From Escherichia coli (GTDB lineage: Bacteria > Pseudomonadota > Gammaproteobacteria > Enterobacterales > Enterobacteriaceae): 64,000 nt of DNA. The translations under genes were made by a program, and so were the position numbers. The notes under the pieces are model-generated. The model saw only the letters and a list, made by a program, of their open reading frames with translations, did no database searches and was not told the origin of the DNA. Each line of letters starts with the position of its first letter. The first letter of the stretch is position 1. The DNA is taken from the NCBI RefSeq assembly GCF_003018255.1, contig NZ_CP027440.1; one strand, written 5' to 3'. Shown one piece after another: positions 44,501 to 53,145 of the stretch.

Positions 44501-45730
44501 ATGAGCAGAGCACTTAACAAACTGAGTGACACACAGCTAAGGAAAATCAACGGCACACCCGCCCAAAAAACAGCCTTTCTTAATGACGGTGGAAACCTGA
44601 GCGTCAGGCATTCAACCAGCGGCCTTTTAACCTGGTATTTCACATACAGGGCCGGAACGGGAAGAGGGACACAACCTGAACGCGTTAAGCTGGGAAATTA
44701 TCCCGATCTGAGCCTGAAAGCAGCCAGGGAAAAAGCCGCACAGTGTCGCGCATGGCTGGCTGAGGGGAAAAATCCACGCTATGAACTGAATTACACCATG
44801 CAGGAAGCGTTAAAGCCTGCAACGGTTGGCGATGCGCTCACCTACTGGCTTGAGTCGTACGCAAAGGAAAAGCGCACAGATTACGAATCACTGAAAAGCC
44901 GGATCAATAAAAACATAATCATCAAAATTGGTGCTATGCCGCTGGATAAATGCGAGCTACGGCACTGGCTGGCCTGTTTTGATCAGGTGGCAAAGCGAAC
45001 ACCTGTTACTGCCGGATTCTTGCTACAGACATGCAAACAGGCGCTTAAATTCTGCCGTAGGCGGCGCTATGCAATCAGCAACGTTCTGGACGATCTGAAC
45101 GTGGCGGACGTTGGGAAAAAACCGGATATAAGCGAACGTGTCTTAAGCACCAAAGAACTGGGCGAGTTATTGCAGGCGCTGGATAAAAAAATATTTTCTC
45201 CTTACTACGTCGCGTTAATCCGCCTCCTGATTGTCTTCGGAGCCAGGACGGTAGAACTGAGGTTATCGGAGATCAGCGAGTGGGATTTTACCGAAATGCT
45301 ATGGACCGTTCCGAAGGAGCACAGCAAAACGAAGGTTGCAATATTCCGGCCCATACCGGAAGCGATCCTGCCGTTCGTCACGCGGCTGGTGGAGCAGAAC
45401 AGGCACACGGGCTTATTACTGGGGGAAGTGAAACAGGAGGCTAGCGTATCGCAGTACGGCAGATTAGCGCACAGGAGGCTAAAACACCTTCAATGGTCAT
45501 TGCATGACATCCGGCGCACCTTTACAACGATGCTGAATGATTTGGGCGTGGATCCTCACGTCGTGGAGCAGCTTACAGGTCATCAGATGCCAGGGATGCA
45601 ACGAGTCTATAACCACTCCCGTTATCTCGATGCGAAACGTGATGCGCTGGATATGTGGACGGAGCGGTTAGGGATACTGGCGGGAGCACATGAAAACGTA
45701 ACCACGCTACCAGTAACCAGAATAAAATAA
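44501..45730 (+). CDS. int: tyrosine integrase (P4-like)
   Basis: P4-type N-terminal arm-binding region and C-terminal catalytic residues (..HDIRRTF.., ..RVYNHSRY..); adjacent to attL; start taken at MSRALNKL (ORF opens at 44480). Confidence 0.9.
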   Translation: MSRALNKLSDTQLRKINGTPAQKTAFLNDGGNLSVRHSTSGLLTWYFTYRAGTGRGTQPERVKLGNYPDLSLKAAREKAAQCRAWLAEGKNPRYELNYTMQEALKPATVGDALTYWLESYAKEKRTDYESLKSRINKNIIIKIGAMPLDKCELRHWLACFDQVAKRTPVTAGFLLQTCKQALKFCRRRRYAISNVLDDLNVADVGKKPDISERVLSTKELGELLQALDKKIFSPYYVALIRLLIVFGARTVELRLSEISEWDFTEMLWTVPKEHSKTKVAIFRPIPEAILPFVTRLVEQNRHTGLLLGEVKQEASVSQYGRLAHRRLKHLQWSLHDIRRTFTTMLNDLGVDPHVVEQLTGHQMPGMQRVYNHSRYLDAKRDALDMWTERLGILAGAHENVTTLPVTRIK

Positions 45731-46094
45731 TTTTTTTCGTGTTTTTTCAGTATGCGCATACTGGATAAGTGCACAGATACAACGTGAAACAATGTGCAAC
45801 AACGTGACACAATCATGAACAAGAGGCCAAAAAGAATACAGATTTATAAGTTACTGATTTTTATTGCTCAACTGGTTTTTTATACATTAGCGAATTACGC
45901 GTTAAAGCGTGCGAAAAAAGGCATAAAACAAGATTTTATGCCTTTGTATTAACATGAATTTAAATGATTTTATCCTGATTATTCCTCTTTCTGTAAACCA
46001 TACGACATCAACATTTGCCATTCACCACACTAGCGGGAACAATACGACACAATAAGACACCTGATGACTCTTTAAGAAACGAAAGGGGGCAATA

Positions 46095-46283
46095 GTGTTA
46101 AGCACTGATCGGTTTATACGTGAAAAAGAATGCGAAAAGCTAACAGGCCTTAGCCGCTCATGCCGCTACCGCCTGGAAAAGGCCGGACAATTCCCATCAC
46201 GTCGTAAACTTGGCGGGCGTTCTGTTGGCTGGTCTTTATCTGAGGTTTTGGCCTGGAAGGATAGCTGCAAGGCAGTTCACTAA
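46095..46283 (+). CDS. alpA: AlpA-family transcriptional regulator / excisionase-like
   Basis: 62 aa, GTG start after SD aaggggg; ..KLTGLSRSCRYRLEKAGQFP..LGGRSVGWSLSEVLAW.. fits AlpA/MerR-type HTH. Confidence 0.7.
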   Translation: MLSTDRFIREKECEKLTGLSRSCRYRLEKAGQFPSRRKLGGRSVGWSLSEVLAWKDSCKAVH

Positions 46284-46526
46284 AAAGACTGGCGGCACAC
46301 AGTCGCCACACATCCACTAATACAGAGATATAACTATGAAGATTGAATATGCGCCCGAACGTGGGCGGGGATTCGTTCGCCCTGGTGAAACTGAAAAACA
46401 ACAAAATTGGGGTTTTTCAGGCATAAAAAAAGCGGCCCCGATATGGAGCCGCCTTTCTGAACAATTAACCTGCTGCGCCTTATGTGTATGTGATCCCAAA
46501 CATAAGCACGGGGATGATAGCCGCTA

Positions 46527-46724
46527 TCAGGCTGGTGGGCAATTCCTGTTTTGTCCGTATTGCGCCGCCATTTTCGCTCGTTCAGAGCGCGAATATTTTT
46601 TTAGAAACTCATCAAGGACAAAAGCGCATGGTGCGAATCTTTCTGATTCATGCTCGAGCGCCATATTTTCGTGCTCTCTGTTCGTTTTTTGCGATGGTGT
46701 ATCGCTTGATTCTTTGTTGGTCAT
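46527..46724 (-). CDS. hypothetical small protein downstream of Arc-like gene
   Basis: 65 aa hydrophilic ORF, same strand as Arc-like gene. Confidence 0.2.
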   Translation of the reverse strand: MTNKESSDTPSQKTNREHENMALEHESERFAPCAFVLDEFLKKYSRSERAKMAAQYGQNRNCPPA

Positions 46725-46781
46725 TGTGTGTACCTGTAAAGCAATGCGCCGTAGTACCTCACACCACGGCGCTGATAGTTT

Positions 46782-46973
46782 TTATCCTTTGGGGTCTATG
46801 CCGCGCCGCTTTAGTTCAGTGCGCCCCAACTCTTTAAGCCAGTTGGCTAGGCTTATGCCGTCGCTCTGTGCTTCTTTGTCGAATTGCTCTTTTAGCTCTG
46901 GAGAAATTCGCATTCTGAATTGTGGGGATTGCCCGTCCCCTTTAGGGCTTTTATCGCGTTTGATTGTTGACAA
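46782..46973 (-). CDS. Arc/MetJ-type ribbon-helix-helix protein (candidate repressor), antisense to neighbouring island genes
   Basis: ..SPQFRMRISPELKEQFDKEAQSDGISLANWLKELGRTEL.. matches Arc N-terminal strand plus helices; start codon uncertain (TTG with SD aggtgg). Confidence 0.4.
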   Translation of the reverse strand: MSTIKRDKSPKGDGQSPQFRMRISPELKEQFDKEAQSDGISLANWLKELGRTELKRRGIDPKG

Positions 46974-47107
46974 GTGGCCACCTATTAAATTAGCCTTTCT
47001 ATTGTTAGGTGGCCACCTTAACACAAGAGCACTTAAAAAAGCAAAGCCCCGCAAGTGCCATTACCACTCGCAGGGCTTCTAACCAACAACGTAAACGAGG
47101 AGCCGTT

Positions 47108-47308
47108 ATGGTTGCCGTAAATCATATACCACACCTTGTACACACACAAACTGCCTTTGTGTGGCGTTTTCTGGCCCTGAGTGCCGGAGAATCTCAAATC
47201 ATCCACGTAACCGCCTGGACGGAACGCGAAGCGCGTAACCGTTGCCCGTCCGGTTGTGTTGCTGTATTTGCCGCCCGTATTCGTCAGGGGGAAACCTATG
47301 CACAATAA
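47108..47308 (+). CDS. small protein resembling Icd-like cell-division inhibitors of P4-type satellites
   Basis: 66 aa from ATG with SD aggag; ..FVWRFLALSAGESQIIHVTAWTEREARNRCP.. (recalled family resemblance). Confidence 0.4.
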   Translation: MVAVNHIPHLVHTQTAFVWRFLALSAGESQIIHVTAWTEREARNRCPSGCVAVFAARIRQGETYAQ

Positions 47309-47528
47309 AACCACACCGGACGCAGCAGAAGAAGCAATGCAAATACTGATACGTGCGCTCGTTGATGTTACCCACATGGTGGAGATTATGGAGAGAAAAT
47401 CACAGTCGGAGCACGACAAAAGAAAACTTAAAACAATAAAAATAATTGCCAAAAACTCGCTGATAAAAGTTACAGACATCCTTAATGAGGACATTAAAAG
47501 AATAAGGGAGAAAATTTGTGATGCATAA
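47298..47528 (+). CDS. hypothetical protein (island accessory)
   Basis: 76 aa, AT-rich, SD ggggga, overlaps neighbours. Confidence 0.4.
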   Translation: MHNKTTPDAAEEAMQILIRALVDVTHMVEIMERKSQSEHDKRKLKTIKIIAKNSLIKVTDILNEDIKRIREKICDA

Positions 47529-47748
47529 AATCCCTTTTGAAGTATTAATCCACTCTGAAAACGCATTAATTAAAGCACGCGAAATGAATGCGTTGTTAAT
47601 TAAATTAATTGAAGTGCCGGAAGGTGGTGAGGAATCAGGTGTATTAATGTTTGCAGCCATTCAGACATTACTATCGCCTGTTATTGATGAACTGGATAAG
47701 GCAATGGCAATTCACGAAAATAATAACGCGCCCCACACCGGAGAATAA
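47518..47748 (+). CDS. hypothetical protein (island accessory)
   Basis: 76 aa, AT-rich, start overlaps previous stop. Confidence 0.4.
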   Translation: MMHKIPFEVLIHSENALIKAREMNALLIKLIEVPEGGEESGVLMFAAIQTLLSPVIDELDKAMAIHENNNAPHTGE

Positions 47749-47753
47749 AAATA

Positions 47754-48053
47754 ATGAAACTTAAATATTCTGGCTTAACTGCCAGTGGCAAAACTCGCAC
47801 TAAATTCATGCGCGGTGATATTTACCGCGACCAGTACGGCGGCACGGTAATGATTAAGGGCGTGGAGGAACGGCGCGTAACTTACCGCCGTGAAGGTTAC
47901 GAATATGATTGCGTGATGCCCGTTTATCAGTTCGACCGTGATTTTTCTCTGGTGCAGGCAGCGCAACGCAGCAAGCCCACCAGCAGGGAGAAAGCACGCG
48001 CCAATATTCAGGAAATAAAAAAGATGCTTAACGTATTCAGGGGTAAAAAATGA
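47754..48053 (+). CDS. hypothetical protein (island accessory)
   Basis: 99 aa basic protein, stop overlaps primase start. Confidence 0.4.
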   Translation: MKLKYSGLTASGKTRTKFMRGDIYRDQYGGTVMIKGVEERRVTYRREGYEYDCVMPVYQFDRDFSLVQAAQRSKPTSREKARANIQEIKKMLNVFRGKK

Positions 48054-49804
48054 AACTGGCACCGAACGTAAAACAGCAGTCACGCGGCATAAAACACAAA
48101 GAAACAGAAGTCATTATTTTTGCGGGTAGTGATGCCTGGTCACACGCAAAACAATGGCAGGAACATGACGCGCGTATGGCCGGAGATAATGAGCCTCCTG
48201 TGTGGCTTGGGGAGCAGCAGTTATCAGAACTGGATAAGCTGCAAATTGTGCCGGAAGGCAGAAAATCCGTGCGCATATTCAGGGCCGGATATCTTGCACC
48301 AGTAATGATAAAGGCGATTGGTCAAAAGCTGGCGGCGGCTGGTGTACAGGATGCAAATTTTTATCCTGAGGGTATGCACGGCAAGGAGGTGCAGAACTGG
48401 CGCGAATACCTGGCCCGTGAACGCCAGAATCTTTCTGATGGTCTGGTCATTGAGCTTCCGGTAAAGCAAAAGGCGCAACTTTCGCAGATGGCGGACAGTG
48501 AGCGCGCGCAGCTGCTTGCCGATCGCTTTGATGGCGTTTGCGTACATCCTGAAAGTGAAATTGTTCACGTATGGCGCGGCGGGGTATGGTGTCCGGTCAG
48601 CACAATGGAACTTAGCCGCGAAATGGTGGCGATCTATTCAGAGCACAGGGCCACTTTCAGCAAGCGCGTAATCAATAACGCCGTGGAAGCGTTAAAAGTT
48701 ATTGCCGAACCAATGGGCGAGCCGTCCGGCGATTTGCTGCCGTTCGCCAATGGTGCGCTTGACCTGAAAACGGGGGAATTTTCCCCGCACACGCCGGAGA
48801 ACTGGATCACCACGCACAACGGCATTGAGTACACGCCACCAGCACCAGGGGAGAATATCCGCGACAACGCGCCAAACTTTCATAAATGGCTTGAGCACGC
48901 AGCCGGAAAAGACCCGCGCAAGATGATGCGTATATGTGCCGCGCTGTACATGATTATGGCGAACCGGTACGACTGGCAGATGTTTATTGAGGCCACCGGA
49001 GACGGCGGGAGCGGTAAAAGTACATTCACACACATAGCCAGCCTTCTGGCAGGGAAACAGAACACGGTAAGCGCTGAAATGACATCGCTTGATGATGCTG
49101 GTGGACGTGCGCAGGTTGTCGGGAGTCGTCTTATCGTCCTGGCTGACCAGCCGAAATATACAGGCGAAGGAACGGGCATCAAGAAAATCACGGGCGGCGA
49201 CCCCGTGGAAATTAACCCGAAATATGAGAAGCGTTTTACGGCGGTAATCAGGGCGGTGGTGCTGGCTACCAACAATAACCCGATGATATTCACCGAACGG
49301 GCCGGAGGTGTGTCACGTCGTCGCGTAATTTTCCGTTTCGACAATATCGTCAGTGAGGCCGAAAAAGACAGGGAGCTACCGGAAAAGATTGCGGCTGAAA
49401 TCCCTGTCATTATCCGCCGATTGCTGGCGAACTTTACCGACCCTGAGAAGGCACGGGCTTTACTACTGGAACAGCGTGACGGTGATGAAGCTCTGGCAAT
49501 AAAGCAACAGACGGATCCGGTTATTGAGTTTTGCCAGTTCCTGAATTTTCTGGAGGAAGCACGCGGCCTGATGATGGGCGGCGGTGGCGATTCAGTGAAG
49601 TACACGACCAGGAACAGCCTTTACCGCGTCTATCTGGCGTTTATGGCATACGCAGGCAGGAGCAAACCGCTAAACGTGGCTGAGTTCAGCAAGGCCATGA
49701 AGCCAGCGGCGAAAGTTTACGGGCATGAATATATTACGCGAAAAGTTAAGGGAGTAACGCAGACCAACGCAATTACAACAGACGATTGCGACGCGTTTTT
49801 ATAA
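48050..49804 (+). CDS. primase-helicase replication protein (P4 alpha-like C-terminal NTPase)
   Basis: 584 aa, Walker A GDGGSGKST, Walker B-like LIVLAD. Confidence 0.85.
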   Translation: MKLAPNVKQQSRGIKHKETEVIIFAGSDAWSHAKQWQEHDARMAGDNEPPVWLGEQQLSELDKLQIVPEGRKSVRIFRAGYLAPVMIKAIGQKLAAAGVQDANFYPEGMHGKEVQNWREYLARERQNLSDGLVIELPVKQKAQLSQMADSERAQLLADRFDGVCVHPESEIVHVWRGGVWCPVSTMELSREMVAIYSEHRATFSKRVINNAVEALKVIAEPMGEPSGDLLPFANGALDLKTGEFSPHTPENWITTHNGIEYTPPAPGENIRDNAPNFHKWLEHAAGKDPRKMMRICAALYMIMANRYDWQMFIEATGDGGSGKSTFTHIASLLAGKQNTVSAEMTSLDDAGGRAQVVGSRLIVLADQPKYTGEGTGIKKITGGDPVEINPKYEKRFTAVIRAVVLATNNNPMIFTERAGGVSRRRVIFRFDNIVSEAEKDRELPEKIAAEIPVIIRRLLANFTDPEKARALLLEQRDGDEALAIKQQTDPVIEFCQFLNFLEEARGLMMGGGGDSVKYTTRNSLYRVYLAFMAYAGRSKPLNVAEFSKAMKPAAKVYGHEYITRKVKGVTQTNAITTDDCDAFL

Positions 49805-49809
49805 TTTTT

Positions 49810-50050
49810 TGTAAAAGCCCTCTACCCCATCTACCTGAATGAAGTAAACGCATATTATTCAACATGATAAGTGGGTAGAGGGCTAGGTAGAAGGCTAATA
49901 AAAGCTCTCTACCCCTTCTACCTGATTTTATCAGTTTCAGGTAGCAGGGTAGACGGCAGGTAGAGGAGCCCAAAAAGCTATCTACCCGCTGAAAGCCGCG
50001 CCATTACTGACATGATGAGCATTCGGGTAGATGGGTAGAGGGGGGGGAGG
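49810..50050. repeat. iteron cluster, putative island origin of replication
   Basis: at least 10 copies of GGTAGA/TCTACC-containing units in both orientations, e.g. cctctaccccatctacctga, ctctctaccccttctacctga, gggtagatgggtagaggg. Confidence 0.6.
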
Positions 50051-50082
50051 CACAACTAAAAACTTTTTAAACGAGGGGGGGG
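50040..50082 (+). repeat. two G8 homopolymer tracts just upstream of ORF 50090
   Basis: G8 at 50040-50047 and 50075-50082, the second 7 nt before the ATG. Confidence 0.4.
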
Positions 50083-50089
50083 AAAATAA

Positions 50090-50404
50090 ATGCGCATACA
50101 TCAAAATCACTTAACAAATATGCCAGCCGAAAACATGAATCAGGGGCGACAAATGACCAAAATTCGCAGAGACAGAACACAGGCAAAATATAAAGCGTTA
50201 GACATGACAGAGCTTTCCTTAAAGGTGGCAATCAAAGCGATAGACCACCACACACGGGCAGGATACGCGAAGGAACATCCCGACCTGATAAGCGCATTCA
50301 TGACCACGGCGGCGGCAAACTTTGCCACGTTGACAGAACGTGAGATTGCCGAAGCGGAACAGGTAACAACCATCAACGTTAAAACCGGAGAGGTGGAATC
50401 ATGA
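50090..50404 (+). CDS. hypothetical protein (island accessory)
   Basis: 104 aa ORF, stop overlaps SSB-like start. Confidence 0.35.
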   Translation: MRIHQNHLTNMPAENMNQGRQMTKIRRDRTQAKYKALDMTELSLKVAIKAIDHHTRAGYAKEHPDLISAFMTTAAANFATLTEREIAEAEQVTTINVKTGEVES

Positions 50405-50811
50405 CAGCACAGATAGCCGCTTACGGGCGGCTGGTGGACGACCCGCAGGTAAAACAGACCAGCAAGGGCACACCGATGACGCTGGTTCGTATGGCGGTAT
50501 CGCTGCCATGCAGCCAGGCACATGACGGACAGGCGACGTTATGGTTATCGGTTATCGCATTTGGCAAACAGGCCGATTTCCTGGCTAAACATCAAAAAGG
50601 CGATGTTGCCAGCGTATCCGGCACGATGCAGGTAAGCCAGTGGACCGGACAGAACGGGGAAACGCGGCGGGGGTATCAGGTTATTGCAGACAGCGTAATC
50701 AGTGCCCGCGCGGCACGTCCAGGCGGGAACAGACGCAAAACCACAGGCACACAGGGTAATCAGCCACCAGCGGGAGGCGATGACCCTTACGGTGACGGTA
50801 TTCCGTTCTGA
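50401..50811 (+). CDS. SSB-like single-stranded DNA-binding protein
   Basis: 136 aa, OB-fold-like N-terminus, Gly-rich linker, acidic tail ..DDPYGDGIPF like SSB DDDIPF. Confidence 0.55.
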   Translation: MTAQIAAYGRLVDDPQVKQTSKGTPMTLVRMAVSLPCSQAHDGQATLWLSVIAFGKQADFLAKHQKGDVASVSGTMQVSQWTGQNGETRRGYQVIADSVISARAARPGGNRRKTTGTQGNQPPAGGDDPYGDGIPF

Positions 50812-50821
50812 GGGGGTGACG

Positions 50822-51070
50822 ATGGTACATGACCGCATAGCGGAGGAACTCGAGGCAAAAGGCTTTTACCGGAGGGCGTCGGCGCGATGGGGTGAAGTCA
50901 TGCAACTGGTGGAGACAGACAAGGAACGGCATCAGGTTACGATGCGACGGCTGGAATGTTCCAGGAAGGCACAGAGGCCACCGGAGCCGCCAACGGAGAA
51001 CTACGCAGACCTGAGAAATGCAGTAAATCGCACTTACGCAGACATGGGGCTGAGCAAATTAGCAGAGTAG
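50822..51070 (+). CDS. PerC-family-like transcriptional regulator
   Basis: 82 aa from internal ATG with SD gaggggg; ..LEAKGFYRRASARWGEVM..TDKERHQVTMRRLEC.. (recalled PerC-like pattern). Confidence 0.4.
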   Translation: MVHDRIAEELEAKGFYRRASARWGEVMQLVETDKERHQVTMRRLECSRKAQRPPEPPTENYADLRNAVNRTYADMGLSKLAE

Positions 51071-51141
51071 GAATATCAGAACCACACCACGCAGCCGGAG
51101 CAATCCGGCTTTTTGTTATTTTTTGTAAATTATTTGTTCGT

Positions 51142-51158
51142 GGTTGTTCCACGTTGTT
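51142..51158 (+). promoter_or_regulatory. copy of TTGTT(C/T)CACGTTGT motif upstream of capsid operon
   Basis: gttgttccacgttgttcac; similar motifs near 44423, 45782 (inverted) and 58385. Confidence 0.35.
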
Positions 51159-51374
51159 CACTGAGCGGATCGGCATATTTTACCCGAACTGAATCATGAT
51201 TATTCTCGCCCGTGGTGCCAGGACGCTGGGGCCACTTTCCCGCCTGTTAATGTGCTCGCCAATATTCATTACCAGGCGGGAAAACGATCGGTGCGATTGC
51301 TGATTTCCTTATGAAAAACGGTTGAGTGTTTGCCGCGTCCTGGAGTTCCTTACTTAACCCCAGGACTTTTTTTT

Positions 51375-52532
51375 ATGCCGAGAATAATCGAATTACGCCA
51401 GCAGAAAACCGCCATTAAAAATCAGATGCGCGACATGCTGGAGAACGCTGAAAAAGAAAACCGCAGTCTTAACGATGCTGAGGGCGCAAAATTTGACGAA
51501 TTACGCGCTAAAGCTGAATCCCTCGATAAAGACATTTCCCGCCTTGAAGCCATTGCAGACGAAGAGCGCAGCAAGCCAGGTAAAAGCAGCCAGACCACTG
51601 ACCCCGCAGAACTACGCAGCTACATTCTGACAGGTGAAACCCGCGCATTAAGTACAGGCGTTCCCGCTGATGGTGGTTATACCGTTATCCCCGAACTGAA
51701 CACCGAAATCATGCGAATGCTGGCGGATGAATCCACCATGCGCCGCATCTGTACCGTGAAAAAAATCAGCAGCAACGAGTTTAAGCAGCTTGTTTCCGCT
51801 GGCGGTGCGACCGTTAACCACGGTGAAGAGGGTAAGGCACGCGAACAGACCAGCACCCCGCAGATTAACGAGGTGAGCATTAAGCTGTATCCGGTCTATG
51901 CGTACCCGCGCACCACACAGGAAATCGTGGATTTTTCCGATGTGGACATCCTTTCATGGCTGACGGGTGAGATTGGCGACACCTTCACGGAAACCGAAGA
52001 AAGCGATCTGGTTGTGGGCGACGGTGACAAAAAAGCAAAAGGTTTTTTATCCGTACCCCGTGCAGAGAAGAACGACAAAGAGCGTGATTTTGGTACGTTG
52101 CAGGTAATTAAACCTTCCGAATCTCTGGCGTGGACATCTGCGGACCCGCTGATCGACCTGAAATTTGCATTACGTAAAAAATACCGCAAAAACGCGGTCT
52201 GGGTGGTTAACTCCACGACGGCGGCAAAACTCCAGAAGGTGAAGAACGCGAACGGTGATTACATCTGGCGTGACCGTTTACAGGCGGGTGATCCTGATAC
52301 GTTGCTGGGCCTTCCGGTCGAATATCTGGAGTTTATGCCTGATAACGTTATTGCCCTGGGTGACTTCAAACGCGGTTACTACATTGTTGATCACGAAACA
52401 GGTGTTCGCACCAGACCGGACAACCTCACAGAGCCGGGCTTCATCAAAATTTTCACGCAGAAATATTTAGGCGGTGGCGTGGTGGATTCGAACGCGATCA
52501 AGATTCTGGAACTGCCACAGGACGACGATTAA
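51375..52532 (+). CDS. major capsid protein, HK97 fold, coiled-coil N-terminal delta domain
   Basis: coiled-coil N-terminus then HK97-like capsid core; start taken at MPRIIELRQQK. Confidence 0.85.
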   Translation: MPRIIELRQQKTAIKNQMRDMLENAEKENRSLNDAEGAKFDELRAKAESLDKDISRLEAIADEERSKPGKSSQTTDPAELRSYILTGETRALSTGVPADGGYTVIPELNTEIMRMLADESTMRRICTVKKISSNEFKQLVSAGGATVNHGEEGKAREQTSTPQINEVSIKLYPVYAYPRTTQEIVDFSDVDILSWLTGEIGDTFTETEESDLVVGDGDKKAKGFLSVPRAEKNDKERDFGTLQVIKPSESLAWTSADPLIDLKFALRKKYRKNAVWVVNSTTAAKLQKVKNANGDYIWRDRLQAGDPDTLLGLPVEYLEFMPDNVIALGDFKRGYYIVDHETGVRTRPDNLTEPGFIKIFTQKYLGGGVVDSNAIKILELPQDDD

Positions 52533-52571
52533 CAGCATACAGAAGGGGCTTAAAAGCCCCTTTAGTGTTTT

Positions 52572-53144
52572 ATGGGTGAAAAAATTATGAAGAGTATGGA
52601 AATCCGGTCATCGGAAATCACCACCAGCGGAGCCGGTACGCTGACGGGCTACGTTGTTCGCTGGGATAAGCTTTCAGAACTGTTATGGGGTGAGTTTTAC
52701 GAAAAATTCCAGCGGGGGGCGTTTACTGAATGGCTTGCGGCGGGTAATGACGTTCGCGGCCTGTATGAGCATGACCACAGCATGTTACTGGGGCGCACCC
52801 GTTCCGGCACGCTGAAACTGGAAGAGGACGAAACAGGGTTACGCTTTGAACTGACCCCACCGGATACCAGTACAGGGCGCGACGTTATCGAACTGGTTAA
52901 GCGTGGGGACATCTCGGGGATGAGCTTTGGCTTTCGCTCCCGTAAGGATGTATGGGATACCACAACAGATCCATGCGTGCGCACCGTGCTGGTGGCGGAA
53001 CTGTACGAAATTACCGTTACATCGGTACCGGCTTACCCCGATTCCGGCGTGGAGCTGGCCCGCCGTTCCCTGTATGAGCAGCACCCCGAAAAAATGCCGC
53101 GTGCGGATAATCGCCGCTGGTGGGTGGATTTAGCGGGGGTGTGA
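52572..53144 (+). CDS. prohead protease (HK97 gp4 family)
   Basis: 190 aa, ..LYEHDHSMLLGRT.. and ..ISGMSFGF.. Confidence 0.8.
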   Translation: MGEKIMKSMEIRSSEITTSGAGTLTGYVVRWDKLSELLWGEFYEKFQRGAFTEWLAAGNDVRGLYEHDHSMLLGRTRSGTLKLEEDETGLRFELTPPDTSTGRDVIELVKRGDISGMSFGFRSRKDVWDTTTDPCVRTVLVAELYEITVTSVPAYPDSGVELARRSLYEQHPEKMPRADNRRWWVDLAGV

Positions 53145-53145
53145 T

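Noticed and set aside
44332-44643. 103-aa minus-strand ORF across the attL-int intergenic region and int start
   Set aside because: Lies over the repeat-rich att arm and the integrase 5' end, with hydrophobic low-complexity translation; likely spurious.
46336-47082. 248-aa plus-strand ORF between alpA and the Icd-like gene
   Set aside because: Cys/Ser-rich, low-complexity translation that does not look like a protein; it overlaps the more protein-like minus-strand Arc-type ORF, so it is probably an open frame by chance.
51330-51374. Upstream TTG extension of the major capsid ORF
   Set aside because: The TTG start adds 15 residues across a hairpin and T-run (gtcctgg..ccaggac-T8); the ATG at 51375 (MPRIIELRQQK) is more plausible, though no strong SD precedes it.
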